From an uncultured Bacteroidota bacterium (GTDB taxonomy: Bacteria; Bacteroidota; Ignavibacteria; UBA10030; UBA8401): a stretch of 64,000 nucleotides of DNA. This document shows, piece by piece, positions 1-9,444 of this stretch (its first letter is position 1; each line of letters begins with the position of its first letter). The stretch spans positions 247,363-311,362 of the forward strand of contig CAVYWA010000014.1 of the NCBI GenBank assembly GCA_963772165.1, written 5' to 3'. Both the position numbers and the translations under genes were made by a program. The notes beneath the pieces were generated by a model, which was not told the DNA's origin, did no database searches, and worked only from the letters and a program-made list of their open reading frames with translations.

Positions 1-340
1 CGAGTGTGACAAACCACCCTATGACCGGCCATTTTCTTACGTCACTTTTTGCAACAAACAATGTTGGGAATATCGTCCCGATGACGACGACGTCGAGATA
101 ACTCTGATGGTTTGCGACAAGGAGAAAATTGTCCGTCGAATGTCCCCTCGGATTGAAGTCGTGGATCACGTGAAGGCCGAGGATCATGGCCATGGTTTTT
201 GACCACCATCGGGTAGCACCTGCGAGGAAACGCCCCTCCGCTGCCGGGATCAAAAAAAGCCCTCCCCGCCCGATCACTGCAATGAAGCTAAAAAGCAGCG
301 TGGCCGCAAGCAAGGCAAGGAACTTACAGAGCCGCCTCAC
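1..340 (-). CDS. PlsC-family lysophospholipid acyltransferase (OlsA/GlsA-like), partial; it runs off the left edge
   Basis: The minus-strand translation reads ...NFLLVANHQSYLDVVVIG...FVAKSDVRKWPVIGW, which carries the HX4D and FxxK/R acyltransferase motifs. A putative GTG start at 340-338 overlaps the stop of the upstream olsB-like gene (GTGA). The N-terminal hydrophobic segment is present. This ORF is not in the ORF track because it has no stop inside the window. Confidence 0.5.
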   Translation of the reverse strand, partial: MRRLCKFLALLAATLLFSFIAVIGRGGLFLIPAAEGRFLAGATRWWSKTMAMILGLHVIHDFNPRGHSTDNFLLVANHQSYLDVVVIGTIFPTLFVAKSDVRKWPVIGWFVTL

Positions 341-1176
341 ACCGCCCTGGCCATTTTGCAATAATGATTTTTGTATCTCTCCGTGATCTTCTCCGTTTCC
401 AGCAGAGTAAAAAAATCAGTCGTTCCAAATTGGCGGTCGTATGCCGGTTCTCCGCAGACCATTCCTCCAGCGCGTAAATAACCCTTTAAAAGGGGAGAAA
501 ATTTTTGGAAAGTTGACTTCTCGTCGGCCTCATCTCCGGGTAAATTGGCCAAGGTCATTTCGCAGGGTTGTGAGGGAAAAACCCTGTATTCTTCCGGTGC
601 AAAATGGCGGTTTTTTAGGTATGCGAATGCTTGAGAAACTTCTTTCTCACTCCTACCGTGAAAGCTTGCGCAGCCAAACATCACGCGGATATTGTGGATC
701 TCGATGTATCGTGCGATGCCCGCCCACAATAAGTTTACGACTGCAAGCGACCGATATTCTTTGGCAACGCACGAGCGCCCCAATTCCAGAGCCTGGCCCC
801 GCAGCCGCAGCCTCTTAATGCGGCTAAGATCAAATTCATTTTCCGAGTAAAACCCGAAACTTTTTTCCGCCTTTTCCTGCCGCAACAAACGATATGTTCC
901 GACAACTTTATCCAATTGCCGGTCCTTTACGATCAAATGATCGCAAAATGTGTCATAAACGTCCGAATCGAAACCAGTCTCGTAGGAAGACTCCAGCCCT
1001 TCGTGCATCTCAAGATTAAACACTTTGAAACGCAGTTTAAGAGCCGATTCGATTTCATACAAATATTCAGCGATTTTTACATCAAAAAAAGGGGTTGACG
1101 CCAAAAGATGTTGATACATATCGAGAGTCTCCGTGTTAGTTGTCTTTTTTCCAAAGGTACAGCCGCTGTGTTTCAT
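337..1176 (-). CDS. OlsB/GlsB-family N-acyltransferase (hemolysin-like GNAT-fold aminolipid synthase)
   Basis: The 279 aa ORF has motifs resembling OlsB-type acyl-ACP:amino acid N-acyltransferases (..YSENEFDL.., ..RSCVAKEYR..). It is translationally coupled to a downstream PlsC-type O-acyltransferase, the classic olsB-olsA / glsB-glsA arrangement. Confidence 0.6.
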   Translation of the reverse strand: MKHSGCTFGKKTTNTETLDMYQHLLASTPFFDVKIAEYLYEIESALKLRFKVFNLEMHEGLESSYETGFDSDVYDTFCDHLIVKDRQLDKVVGTYRLLRQEKAEKSFGFYSENEFDLSRIKRLRLRGQALELGRSCVAKEYRSLAVVNLLWAGIARYIEIHNIRVMFGCASFHGRSEKEVSQAFAYLKNRHFAPEEYRVFPSQPCEMTLANLPGDEADEKSTFQKFSPLLKGYLRAGGMVCGEPAYDRQFGTTDFFTLLETEKITERYKNHYCKMARAV

Positions 1177-1343
1177 TATTATTACCCTCCTTTAACGGTC
1201 ATGTTATCAAAAGGGGAGCACATTGATGCGAACTCGTACGTGTCCCATGACCGATGTAAGAAAGATTGAACCCGTAACCCGGCGTAAAGATTTGTTAACT
1301 CTTCCGTTATCCTGCGGTAAAGGAGAGACACTACCTTTGCATA

Positions 1344-2402
1344 GTGAAAAATTATACAAAGCGAATGCAAATAGTTTTCCGGGCTGTGTCGGTCGCGGCA
1401 GGGGGGGCGATTCTGATTCTTGTGTTTCGAGATGTAGATTTTTCGGCGATGTACTCGCGAATTGTCAATGTAGGGTATTATTTCATTCCGATTTATGCCG
1501 TTTATGGCATTGGATGCCTTCTCGATACCGCTGCATGGAAGATCATTCTCACGACTCCCTATAAAACCATTTCCTTCTCTAAGCTTTTTCAGATCCACGT
1601 TGCCGGCGAATCGATGTATCGGTTTATTCCTGTTGGTGTTGTCGTCGGTGAGGCTGCAAAAATTTTTTTGTTGACAAAGCAGAGCCGATTTGAGGGTCCC
1701 GAGGCAGTATCAAGCCTGGTTATTCGAAAATTATTAATGGGGCTGAGTCAGGGGATGTATATTGGGTTAGGTGTTCTCCTGGGAATATTGCTTTCGCAAG
1801 GGAACGAAAGTGTTCAGCTTGTTTTCGCCGGCGTTTCTGTGGTAGTGCTCGGTGCATTTTTATTGATAGGGATCAAACTTTCACGGGGGTCGTTCTTCAC
1901 TTGGTTATTCTCCTTTTTGCGGAAGTTGCCTGTTGTTGGACCCAAGGCCGCAAATAATAAACCTTTTTTTGAGCGGACTGATATTCAATTAAAGGATTTT
2001 TTTATCCGAAAAAGACGGCAAGGTGTTCTTGCTTTTTTTCTTTTTTTCGGAGGATGGTTGACAGAGGCGTTCGAAACATATCTTATTATTGCGGTTCTCG
2101 GCATGACGGTTCTGCCGTACCAGGTTATGATTTTTGAACCTATTGTTTCTTTGACCCGTTCACTCGCATTCTTTATACCGGGAGGCCTCGGTGTGATGGA
2201 TTCCGGATATGTCTCGGCTTTTGGGTCGGCTGGAATTGCAAATGTCGCAACGGCAGGTGCAGCCTTTATCCTCATCAAACGAAGCAAAGAGTTGTTCTGG
2301 ATTGTCATCGGACTTCTCTCCATGTGGCTTCAGGGACGTAACATTGCTGAAGGTATGTTCGGCCAACAAATGCAGCCGGATATTGCTGCGGAAATAGTAT
2401 GA
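1344..2402 (+). CDS. Polytopic membrane protein of the lysylphosphatidylglycerol-synthase TM-domain (flippase-like, UPF0104) family
   Basis: The 352 aa ORF has multiple hydrophobic segments. It is divergent from the olsB-like gene, and its stop overlaps the next ORF (ATGA). Confidence 0.5.
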   Translation: MKNYTKRMQIVFRAVSVAAGGAILILVFRDVDFSAMYSRIVNVGYYFIPIYAVYGIGCLLDTAAWKIILTTPYKTISFSKLFQIHVAGESMYRFIPVGVVVGEAAKIFLLTKQSRFEGPEAVSSLVIRKLLMGLSQGMYIGLGVLLGILLSQGNESVQLVFAGVSVVVLGAFLLIGIKLSRGSFFTWLFSFLRKLPVVGPKAANNKPFFERTDIQLKDFFIRKRRQGVLAFFLFFGGWLTEAFETYLIIAVLGMTVLPYQVMIFEPIVSLTRSLAFFIPGGLGVMDSGYVSAFGSAGIANVATAGAAFILIKRSKELFWIVIGLLSMWLQGRNIAEGMFGQQMQPDIAAEIV

Positions 2403-3445
2403 AAAAGAAAATCCTTTTTATTTGCGGGTCCCGTAATCAAACGACGCAAATGCATAAGATCGCGCAGGAACTCGACCGTGAGTATGATTGCTGGTTTACT
2501 CCATATTATGCTACCGGCCTGGAGGAATTCCTTCGGAAGATGAACCTGACGGAGAGGACCATCATGGGGAGCAGGATGGTCGGGCGATGTTTGCAATACC
2601 TTCACGCCTGTCATTTAAAGGTCGATTTTCGCGGGGAAAGAAATGATTACGACTTGGTCTTCACTTGTGCGGATCTTGTCATTCAAAGAAATATCAGAGG
2701 GAAGAAGATCATCTTGGTCCAAGAAGGAATGACGGACCCTGAAAATCTCGGGTTTCATCTCGTAAGGCTATTTCCGTTTCTTCCTCGATGGGTAGGCAGC
2801 ACGTCAACATTCAGCCTTAGCAACGCATATGCAAAGTTATGCGTCGCCAGCGAGGGATACCGCGACCTGTTTATCAAAAAAGGGATCCCTCCCGAAAAGA
2901 TTGTTGTTACCGGCATCCCGAATTTCGACGATTGTAAAAAATTTCTCAATAATCGCTTTCCGCATAAAAATTTTGTTCTCGTCTGTACCTCCGACTCACG
3001 TGAAACTTTCAAATTTGAAAACCGGAAAAAAATCATTCTCGATGCAGTAAAGATAGCTCGCGGACGGAAGCTTATTTTCAAATTGCATCCCAACGAAAAT
3101 ATCGAACGGGCCACTCTTGAAATTGCGGCATGGGCGCCCGGTGCGTTGGTGTTTTCAATCGGAAGCGCTGAAGAGATGGTAGCCAACTGCGATGTGCTTA
3201 TAACGCAATATTCATCGACCGTTTACGTCGGATTAGCGTTGGGAAAAGAAGTGCATTCATATTTTTCCCTTGAAGAGTTACGAAGGCTCGCTCCTATCCA
3301 AAATGGAACGGCCGCAGGCAATATTGCGCAGGTTGCGCGTGAACTGCTGTCGGCAGAATCTCAGCAAGTCGTCCATACGAATCACCGTAAGCACGTCGTT
3401 GCGGAAATGTGGCAGCAGAAGTACAGAGAAAAGTTAGCGCGATAA
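2399..3445 (+). CDS. GT-B-fold surface-polysaccharide biosynthesis protein (PseG/SpsG/KpsS-like)
   Basis: The 348 aa ORF has a C-terminal Rossmann-like half (..KLHPNE..SAEEMVANCDVLITQYSST..). It lies immediately upstream of an SpsF-like cytidylyltransferase and a NeuB-like synthase. Confidence 0.4.
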   Translation: MKKKILFICGSRNQTTQMHKIAQELDREYDCWFTPYYATGLEEFLRKMNLTERTIMGSRMVGRCLQYLHACHLKVDFRGERNDYDLVFTCADLVIQRNIRGKKIILVQEGMTDPENLGFHLVRLFPFLPRWVGSTSTFSLSNAYAKLCVASEGYRDLFIKKGIPPEKIVVTGIPNFDDCKKFLNNRFPHKNFVLVCTSDSRETFKFENRKKIILDAVKIARGRKLIFKLHPNENIERATLEIAAWAPGALVFSIGSAEEMVANCDVLITQYSSTVYVGLALGKEVHSYFSLEELRRLAPIQNGTAAGNIAQVARELLSAESQQVVHTNHRKHVVAEMWQQKYREKLAR

Positions 3446-3459
3446 TCCTCAGAGGAGGC

Positions 3460-4269
3460 ATGAAAACTCTTATTGTCGTTCAGGCGCGTACTGGTTCGTC
3501 GCGGCTTCCTAATAAAGTCCTGTTGCCGCTTGCCGGAGCACCGTTGCTTCAGCGAATGATAGAACGTGTGCAGTCTGCGGAGGGCTCATACGATACCGTC
3601 GTTGCAACGACGACAGACCGGAATGATGACCCGATTCGTTCGCTCTGCAGAGCTATCGGCGTTCGGTGCTTCAGCGGACATCCTACAGACCTCCTCGACA
3701 GGCATCTTGAGGCTGCACTGCGGGAAAAGGCGGATGTTGTTGTGAAGATTCCTTCCGATTGTCCCCTGATCGATCCTATTGTTATCGATACCGTGATAAA
3801 GTTCTTTCTCGCGCAGACGAAGCCGTTTGATTATGTCAGCAACCTGCATCCGGCCACGTATCCTGACGGTAACGATGTTGAAGTAATGACAATAGAGGCG
3901 CTGGAAACAGCATGGCGCGAAGCGGCAAAGGACTATGAGCGCGAACATACGACTCCTTTTCTCTGGGAACGGCCCGGTCGTTTTGTCCTTGGGAGCGTTT
4001 TGTGCGAATCCGGCCTCGACTATTCCATGAAACACCGATGGACCATCGACTACCCCGAGGATTACGCAATGATCAAACGCGTCTACGACGAATTATGGAG
4101 CGCTGAGCAGCCGGACTTTACAATGTATGACATCCTGCAATTGATTGCGAAGAAGCCGGAGATTCGATCGATCAACGCACGCTATATCGGCGTGAATTGG
4201 TACAGGCATTACGTCGGGCAGCTGAAAACCGTATCGGCAGCGGAAACACAGCAAGAGGTGAATTCATGA
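3460..4269 (+). CDS. CMP-sugar cytidylyltransferase (SpsF / acylneuraminate cytidylyltransferase family)
   Basis: The N-terminus reads MKTLIVVQARTGSSRLPNKVLLPLAG. An AGGAGG RBS lies at 3453-3458 before ATG 3460. The stop overlaps the next start (ATGA). Confidence 0.7.
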   Translation: MKTLIVVQARTGSSRLPNKVLLPLAGAPLLQRMIERVQSAEGSYDTVVATTTDRNDDPIRSLCRAIGVRCFSGHPTDLLDRHLEAALREKADVVVKIPSDCPLIDPIVIDTVIKFFLAQTKPFDYVSNLHPATYPDGNDVEVMTIEALETAWREAAKDYEREHTTPFLWERPGRFVLGSVLCESGLDYSMKHRWTIDYPEDYAMIKRVYDELWSAEQPDFTMYDILQLIAKKPEIRSINARYIGVNWYRHYVGQLKTVSAAETQQEVNS

Positions 4270-5123
4270 CCGATCAAGAAAAAATCGAACTCGAACTTCT
4301 CGCTCTTCGCGTACGGGAACACATCATTACGATGGCGACCGACGGAGGCTGTTTTATCGGTGCGTCGCTTTCGTGCGCAGACCTGATCGTCTATCTTTAT
4401 TCTAAAGTTCTGCATATCTCCCCCGGGACGCTGAAAGACGAGAACCGTGATTATTTTTTTCTTTCGAAGGGGCATGACGTTCCGGCTTTGTACGGTACCT
4501 TAGCGGAACTCGGGTATATTGAAAAGAGCAGGCTGGCAAATCATCTCAGCACGAACGATTTCATGTACTGGCACCCGAACAGGTCGATCCCCGGAATTGA
4601 ATTTCACTCCGGCTCACTCGGCCACTTGCTTTCGGTTGCGATAGGCGTTGCTCTTGACATAAAAATATGCGGAGGCAAGAACCGCGTTTTTGTTATTCTG
4701 GGCGACGGGGAGCTCAATGAAGGTTCCATCTGGGAAGGGTGTCTGGTCGCCGCCGCGTATAAACTCGACAACCTTGTTGCGATCGTAGACAGGAATGAAT
4801 TCCAGGCGAACGTCCGGACCGAAGAATTGATCCCGCTGGAATCGGTAGATAAAAAATTTGCCGCATTCGGATGGTCTGTGAACAGGATCAATGGGCACAA
4901 TTTTGACAAGATGGAGGTCGCGTTTTCCCGAATTCCGATGGGTCCCGACCGCCCCACGGCAATCATTGCGGATACGATCCGGGGAAAAGGTCTGCCGAGC
5001 ATCGAACGGCGCGCTGACCGATGGTTCGCCAATTTCACTCACGAAGAAGTTGAAATGCTTCTCGATGAATTATACAGCGGACAGGAGAGTTCGTTATCGT
5101 CCGAACCGCTCATGGTCCGATAA
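4266..5123 (+). CDS. Transketolase, N-terminal (TPP-binding) subunit
   Basis: The sequence reads ..GGCFIGASLSCADLIVYLY..GHDVPALYG..GSLGHLLSVAIGVAL..ILGDGELNEG. The ATG at 4266 overlaps the upstream stop. Confidence 0.8.
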   Translation: MTDQEKIELELLALRVREHIITMATDGGCFIGASLSCADLIVYLYSKVLHISPGTLKDENRDYFFLSKGHDVPALYGTLAELGYIEKSRLANHLSTNDFMYWHPNRSIPGIEFHSGSLGHLLSVAIGVALDIKICGGKNRVFVILGDGELNEGSIWEGCLVAAAYKLDNLVAIVDRNEFQANVRTEELIPLESVDKKFAAFGWSVNRINGHNFDKMEVAFSRIPMGPDRPTAIIADTIRGKGLPSIERRADRWFANFTHEEVEMLLDELYSGQESSLSSEPLMVR

Positions 5124-5144
5124 AAGTACGGTTCACTGCCAATA

Positions 5145-6104
5145 ATGACATACGAAGAGAAATTAAAAGAATTAGCCGAACTCGATCGCACGATCGTGGT
5201 CATGACGTCTGAAAACCGGGCAGCGATCCGGAACCTTCCCCAGTCGTTGGGGAAAAGATTTATCGATGTCGGGATAGCGGAACAGACGATGATCGGCGCT
5301 GCGGCGGGGCTTGCGCTTCGGGGCAAGACGCCGGTTGTCCATGCGCTCGCGACGTTTCTCACGCTCCGGGCATTTGAATTCATACGCACGGACGTTGGGA
5401 TTGCAAACCTGCCCGTAAAACTTGTCGGGGGAGTGCCGGGATTTCTCTCCGATGCGAACGGTCCGACACATCAGGCGCTCGAAGATGTATCGCTCATGCG
5501 CGGCATTCCTAACATGAAAGTGTTTTGTCCTGCCGATCAGGACGAACTCGTTGCTGGGCTTCCGCATGTCCTCCGGGATAAATCGCCGTGGTACATCCGC
5601 TTTACGGCGATGGAGCCTGTGATGGAGCATTACGATCAGTTTGCTATCGGGAAAGCCGAGATTCTTGTGGAAGGGATGGACGTTGCCTTACTGACATACG
5701 GTTTTATGAATAGAGAATCGTGGTATGCTAAAGAAATTCTCGAATCGAAAGGGTTCTCCGTCCGGTTCATTAATTTCCGGACGCTGAAACCGATCGATGA
5801 AGTGACGATTCTCTCCGCCGCAAAAGAGTGTTCGCTGCTTGTGACGATAGAAGACCATTTCCTGATCGGAGGGCTCTATTCGATCGTGAGCGAAATTCTT
5901 GTACGGCATGAAAAAACAGCGAAAGTTCTACCCATTGCACTGGATGGCCGCTGGTTCAAGCCGGCATTGCTGAACGATGTTCTAGCATACGAGGGGTTTA
6001 CGGGGGGGCAACTTGCTTCACGTATCGTTGTTGCATTAGAGGAGAGAAAGGGAATGTTCTCCCCGGAGGGATTCGAAATCGCGATGGATGACCACAGATC
6101 TTAA
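5145..6104 (+). CDS. Transketolase, C-terminal (pyrimidine-binding) subunit
   Basis: The sequence reads ..FIDVGIAEQTMIGAAAGLALRGKTPVV.., the typical split-transketolase B subunit. Confidence 0.8.
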   Translation: MTYEEKLKELAELDRTIVVMTSENRAAIRNLPQSLGKRFIDVGIAEQTMIGAAAGLALRGKTPVVHALATFLTLRAFEFIRTDVGIANLPVKLVGGVPGFLSDANGPTHQALEDVSLMRGIPNMKVFCPADQDELVAGLPHVLRDKSPWYIRFTAMEPVMEHYDQFAIGKAEILVEGMDVALLTYGFMNRESWYAKEILESKGFSVRFINFRTLKPIDEVTILSAAKECSLLVTIEDHFLIGGLYSIVSEILVRHEKTAKVLPIALDGRWFKPALLNDVLAYEGFTGGQLASRIVVALEERKGMFSPEGFEIAMDDHRS

Positions 6105-6112
6105 AAAGGTGA

Positions 6113-7453
6113 ATGATGAATTCGATAAAAGAAAATGAGCATTACCCGAACATTACAAATTCGGATGAGTTGTACGCACGAGCTCTTGGCCTGATTCCCG
6201 CAGTAACGCAAACGCTCGCAAAAGGCCCGGGTCAATATGTGAAAGGTGTTGCGCCAAAATACCTGCGGCGCGGCAAAGGGGCGTACGTCTGGGATGCGGA
6301 CGGAAACCAATTTCTTGACTACACGATGGGTGTAGGCCCGCTCTCGCTCGGCTACTGCTATGACGCAGTGGATGCCGCAATAAGAAAACAGCTGGAGGAC
6401 GGCATTACATTTTCGATGATGCATCCCTTGGAAGTTGAAGTTGCAGAGCTGCTCCGGGAGGTGATTCCCAACGCTGAATCGGTGCGCTTCAGCAAAACCG
6501 GATGCGATGTAACCACCGCTGCGGTACGACTCGCTCGTGCATTCACCGGCCGGGACAAAGTTCTCTGCTGCGGCTACCATGGATGGCACGATTGGTACAT
6601 CGCAGTGACCGACCGTAACAAAGGGATCCCGCAGGTTTCCCGCGACCTTACCTACACGTTCAACTATAACGACATTCAATCGGTCATCGATTCCATTGAC
6701 GCGGAAACGGCCTGCGTTATTCTTGAGCCCGTCGTGTTCGAAGCCCCCAGAGAAAATTTCCTTCATAAACTGAAGGAAGTCTGTCAACGGAACGGGACAC
6801 TGCTCATTTTCGATGAAATGTGGAGCGGGTTTCGTCTCGCGCTCGGCGGCGCGCAGGAATATTTTGGAGTGAAGGCGGACCTTGCCTGTTTTTCGAAAGC
6901 GGTTGCAAACGGCATGCCGATATCCATTCTCACCGGGCGGCAGGATGTCATGCAATTGCTTGAAAAAGAAGTCTTCTTTTTCACGACCTTCGGCGGCGAG
7001 GCGCTTTCGCTTGCTGCAGCAAAAGCGACCATCGAAGAATTGCGTGATAAAAAAGTTCCGGAATATCTCGCCCGTATCGGCAATATGATCAAGGAAGCAT
7101 ACAACACGATTGCCACGCGGCTTGGGATGGACTATACAAAGTGTTCGGGTTTCGGCTGCCGCACCATTGTGACGTTCGATGCAAGTGCGGGGAATCCTCT
7201 TGAAATAAAATCATTCGTGCAGCAAGAGTTGATCAAGCGCGGAATTTTATGGAGCGGGTTTCACACGATCAGCTATTCGCATTCGGATGCGGATATCGAT
7301 TATACGATAGCCGCTTACACGGAAATCCTCCCGATGGTACAAAAAGCCGTAGCAGAAAAAACTGTGCGTCAGCAACTTCGAGGCGAACCCGTAGAGCCGG
7401 TGTTTCGTAAAACGAGCAACTTCAATATGAAGCCCAAAAAGGTTCTCACGTGA
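6113..7453 (+). CDS. Class III (PLP) aminotransferase, glutamate-1-semialdehyde aminomutase-like
   Basis: The 446 aa ORF reads ..KGKGAYVWDADGNQFLDYTMGVGPLSLGY.. and ..LIFDEMWSGFRLALGG.. (the DE...G class-III motif). Confidence 0.8.
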   Translation: MMNSIKENEHYPNITNSDELYARALGLIPAVTQTLAKGPGQYVKGVAPKYLRRGKGAYVWDADGNQFLDYTMGVGPLSLGYCYDAVDAAIRKQLEDGITFSMMHPLEVEVAELLREVIPNAESVRFSKTGCDVTTAAVRLARAFTGRDKVLCCGYHGWHDWYIAVTDRNKGIPQVSRDLTYTFNYNDIQSVIDSIDAETACVILEPVVFEAPRENFLHKLKEVCQRNGTLLIFDEMWSGFRLALGGAQEYFGVKADLACFSKAVANGMPISILTGRQDVMQLLEKEVFFFTTFGGEALSLAAAKATIEELRDKKVPEYLARIGNMIKEAYNTIATRLGMDYTKCSGFGCRTIVTFDASAGNPLEIKSFVQQELIKRGILWSGFHTISYSHSDADIDYTIAAYTEILPMVQKAVAEKTVRQQLRGEPVEPVFRKTSNFNMKPKKVLT

Positions 7454-8268
7454 GCGACCTTTTTTCTCTAAAAAACAAAGTTGCAATAGTTACCGGCGCT
7501 CTTGGGTTGCTCGGCAAACAGCATTGCATCGCTCTCGCTGAAGCCGGGGCGGATGTTGTCGTCACCGATGTGGACGGAAAAGGATGTGAAGCGTTTGCCG
7601 TGCAACTCGGATTGGCAACGTCGACGCAAACAATTGGGATCGGCGCCGACATTACTCAACGTGCTTCAATCGAAATGTTGAGGGACCGCGTTTACGAAAA
7701 GCACGGCGCTATAGACATTCTCGTCAATAATGCCGCTGTCAACGATGCATTCGAAAACCCAGCCGCCGCGGCTGAACAATCGAAGTTCGAAAATTATCCG
7801 TATGAACTTTGGCAAAAATCTCTCGACGTAAATGTCACCGGAACATTTCTTTGTTCACAAGTCATCGGTGGAATGATGGCGAACCGGGGTCGGGGGAGTA
7901 TCATCAACATTGCATCGACGTACGGGATTGTAGGTCCCGATCAATCGTTGTATGCAAAGCCGGACGGCACACAATCGTTCTATAAATCGCCTTCCTATCC
8001 GACAACGAAAGGTGCCGTTATCGCTTTCACAAGGTTTCTCGCAGCGTATTGGGCCAAAAATGGCGTCCGGGTCAATGCACTTTCCCCGGGGGGAGTCGAG
8101 AATGGGCAGGATAAAACCTTCATCGATAACTATTCAGCGCGAACCCCCCTTGGACGGATGGCACAGCCCACGGACTACAAAGGGGCCCTGGTTTTTCTAG
8201 CAAGCGACGCTTCAAGCTATATGACAGGAGCAAATCTCGTTGTCGACGGCGGATGGACGGCGTGGTGA
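7450..8268 (+). CDS. SDR-family oxidoreductase
   Basis: The sequence reads VAIVTGALGLLGKQ..NNAAV.., and a YxxxK-type active site is plausible. The GTG start overlaps the upstream stop. Confidence 0.8.
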   Translation: MSDLFSLKNKVAIVTGALGLLGKQHCIALAEAGADVVVTDVDGKGCEAFAVQLGLATSTQTIGIGADITQRASIEMLRDRVYEKHGAIDILVNNAAVNDAFENPAAAAEQSKFENYPYELWQKSLDVNVTGTFLCSQVIGGMMANRGRGSIINIASTYGIVGPDQSLYAKPDGTQSFYKSPSYPTTKGAVIAFTRFLAAYWAKNGVRVNALSPGGVENGQDKTFIDNYSARTPLGRMAQPTDYKGALVFLASDASSYMTGANLVVDGGWTAW

Positions 8269-8410
8269 TAATTCGTGGATCGAGATCATTGAAGAATTAT
8301 TTCTCGCTAAGCCTCGGAGGTGCTAGGAACTTGTTGGAAGACACTTGCGCCTTTGTTCGCGCAAGCCTCACTCATGGAAAATTCGGTAGTCTAAACTTAT
8401 TTTTCTCACC

Positions 8411-9325
8411 ATGATCGCGAAGGGAATGTTTATGCAGATACCAAGAGTGCAAATTGGCAAAAGGCTGGTCGGTGAAGGCCAACCGATTTTTATCATCGCT
8501 GAGATTGGTATCAACCACAACGGTTCGCTCGAAATAGCGAAAAAATTGATCGATGGCGCCGTGTTGGCAGGATGTGACGCGGTGAAATTTCAAAAACGAA
8601 CGCCTGAACTCTGCGTTCCAAAGGAGCAGCAAGATGTCATGAGAGATACTCCGTGGGGACGGATGACGTATCTCGAGTACCGCTATATGGTGGAGTTCGG
8701 CGAGAAAGAGTATGGCGAAATCGACCGGCATTGCAGGGAACGGGGAATTATCTGGTTCGCTTCATGCTGGGATGAAGAATCGGTGGATTTCATTGAAAAA
8801 TTTAACCCTGTATGCTTCAAAGTCTCATCGGCCTCGCTCACCAATAATGAACTGCTGCAGAAAAAACGCAATACCGGTAAACCTCTCATCGTTTCGACAG
8901 GGATGTCGACGGAGGGTGAGATTGATGCCGCCGTGTCCCTTCTTGGGCGAGAAAATGTTATGATTGCTCATTCGACGTCCACATATCCATGTCCCGCAGA
9001 GGAGTTGAACTTGCGGATGATTCAAACGCTGAAACAAAAATTTCCGGAATGTCCGATCGGTTATTCAGGACACGAGACCGGCCTTGCTCCAACATGGGCC
9101 GCGGTCGCGATGGGTGCAACGTTTGTCGAACGTCATATTACTTTGGATAGAGCCATGTGGGGAAGCGACCAGGCGGCATCCGTTGAGATCGGCGGGTTGA
9201 TACGGCTTGTTCAGAATATTCGTGATATCGAAAAAGCGGTGGGAGACGGCATTAAGAAAGTGTATGAAAGCGAGCTTGGGCCGCGTAAGAGGCTCCGTCA
9301 TACCCGGGAAAAAGTGATAGCGTGA
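8411..9325 (+). CDS. N-acetylneuraminate synthase family protein (NeuB/SpsE-like), short form lacking the SAF domain
   Basis: The sequence reads ..IFIIAEIGINHNGSLEIAKKLIDGAVLAGCDAVKFQKR... At 304 aa it ends before where a C-terminal SAF domain would lie. Confidence 0.7.
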   Translation: MIAKGMFMQIPRVQIGKRLVGEGQPIFIIAEIGINHNGSLEIAKKLIDGAVLAGCDAVKFQKRTPELCVPKEQQDVMRDTPWGRMTYLEYRYMVEFGEKEYGEIDRHCRERGIIWFASCWDEESVDFIEKFNPVCFKVSSASLTNNELLQKKRNTGKPLIVSTGMSTEGEIDAAVSLLGRENVMIAHSTSTYPCPAEELNLRMIQTLKQKFPECPIGYSGHETGLAPTWAAVAMGATFVERHITLDRAMWGSDQAASVEIGGLIRLVQNIRDIEKAVGDGIKKVYESELGPRKRLRHTREKVIA

Positions 9326-9444
9326 CAACAACAGTGCCGCTTTTACTGACAGGCCCCACCCGTTGTCCCTCCTCTAACAGGGGAGCGAAATGTTTTTGCG
9401 CCGAAAGTGAGGAGAAGAAATATAGTGCTCGATTTTAGGAACGG

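Noticed and set aside
186-1098. Plus-strand ORFs 186-386, 441-818 and 916-1098 are listed in the ORF track.
   Set aside because: They lie antisense to, or within, the well-supported minus-strand olsB-like gene. They have a Pro/Arg-rich low-complexity translation typical of shadow ORFs.
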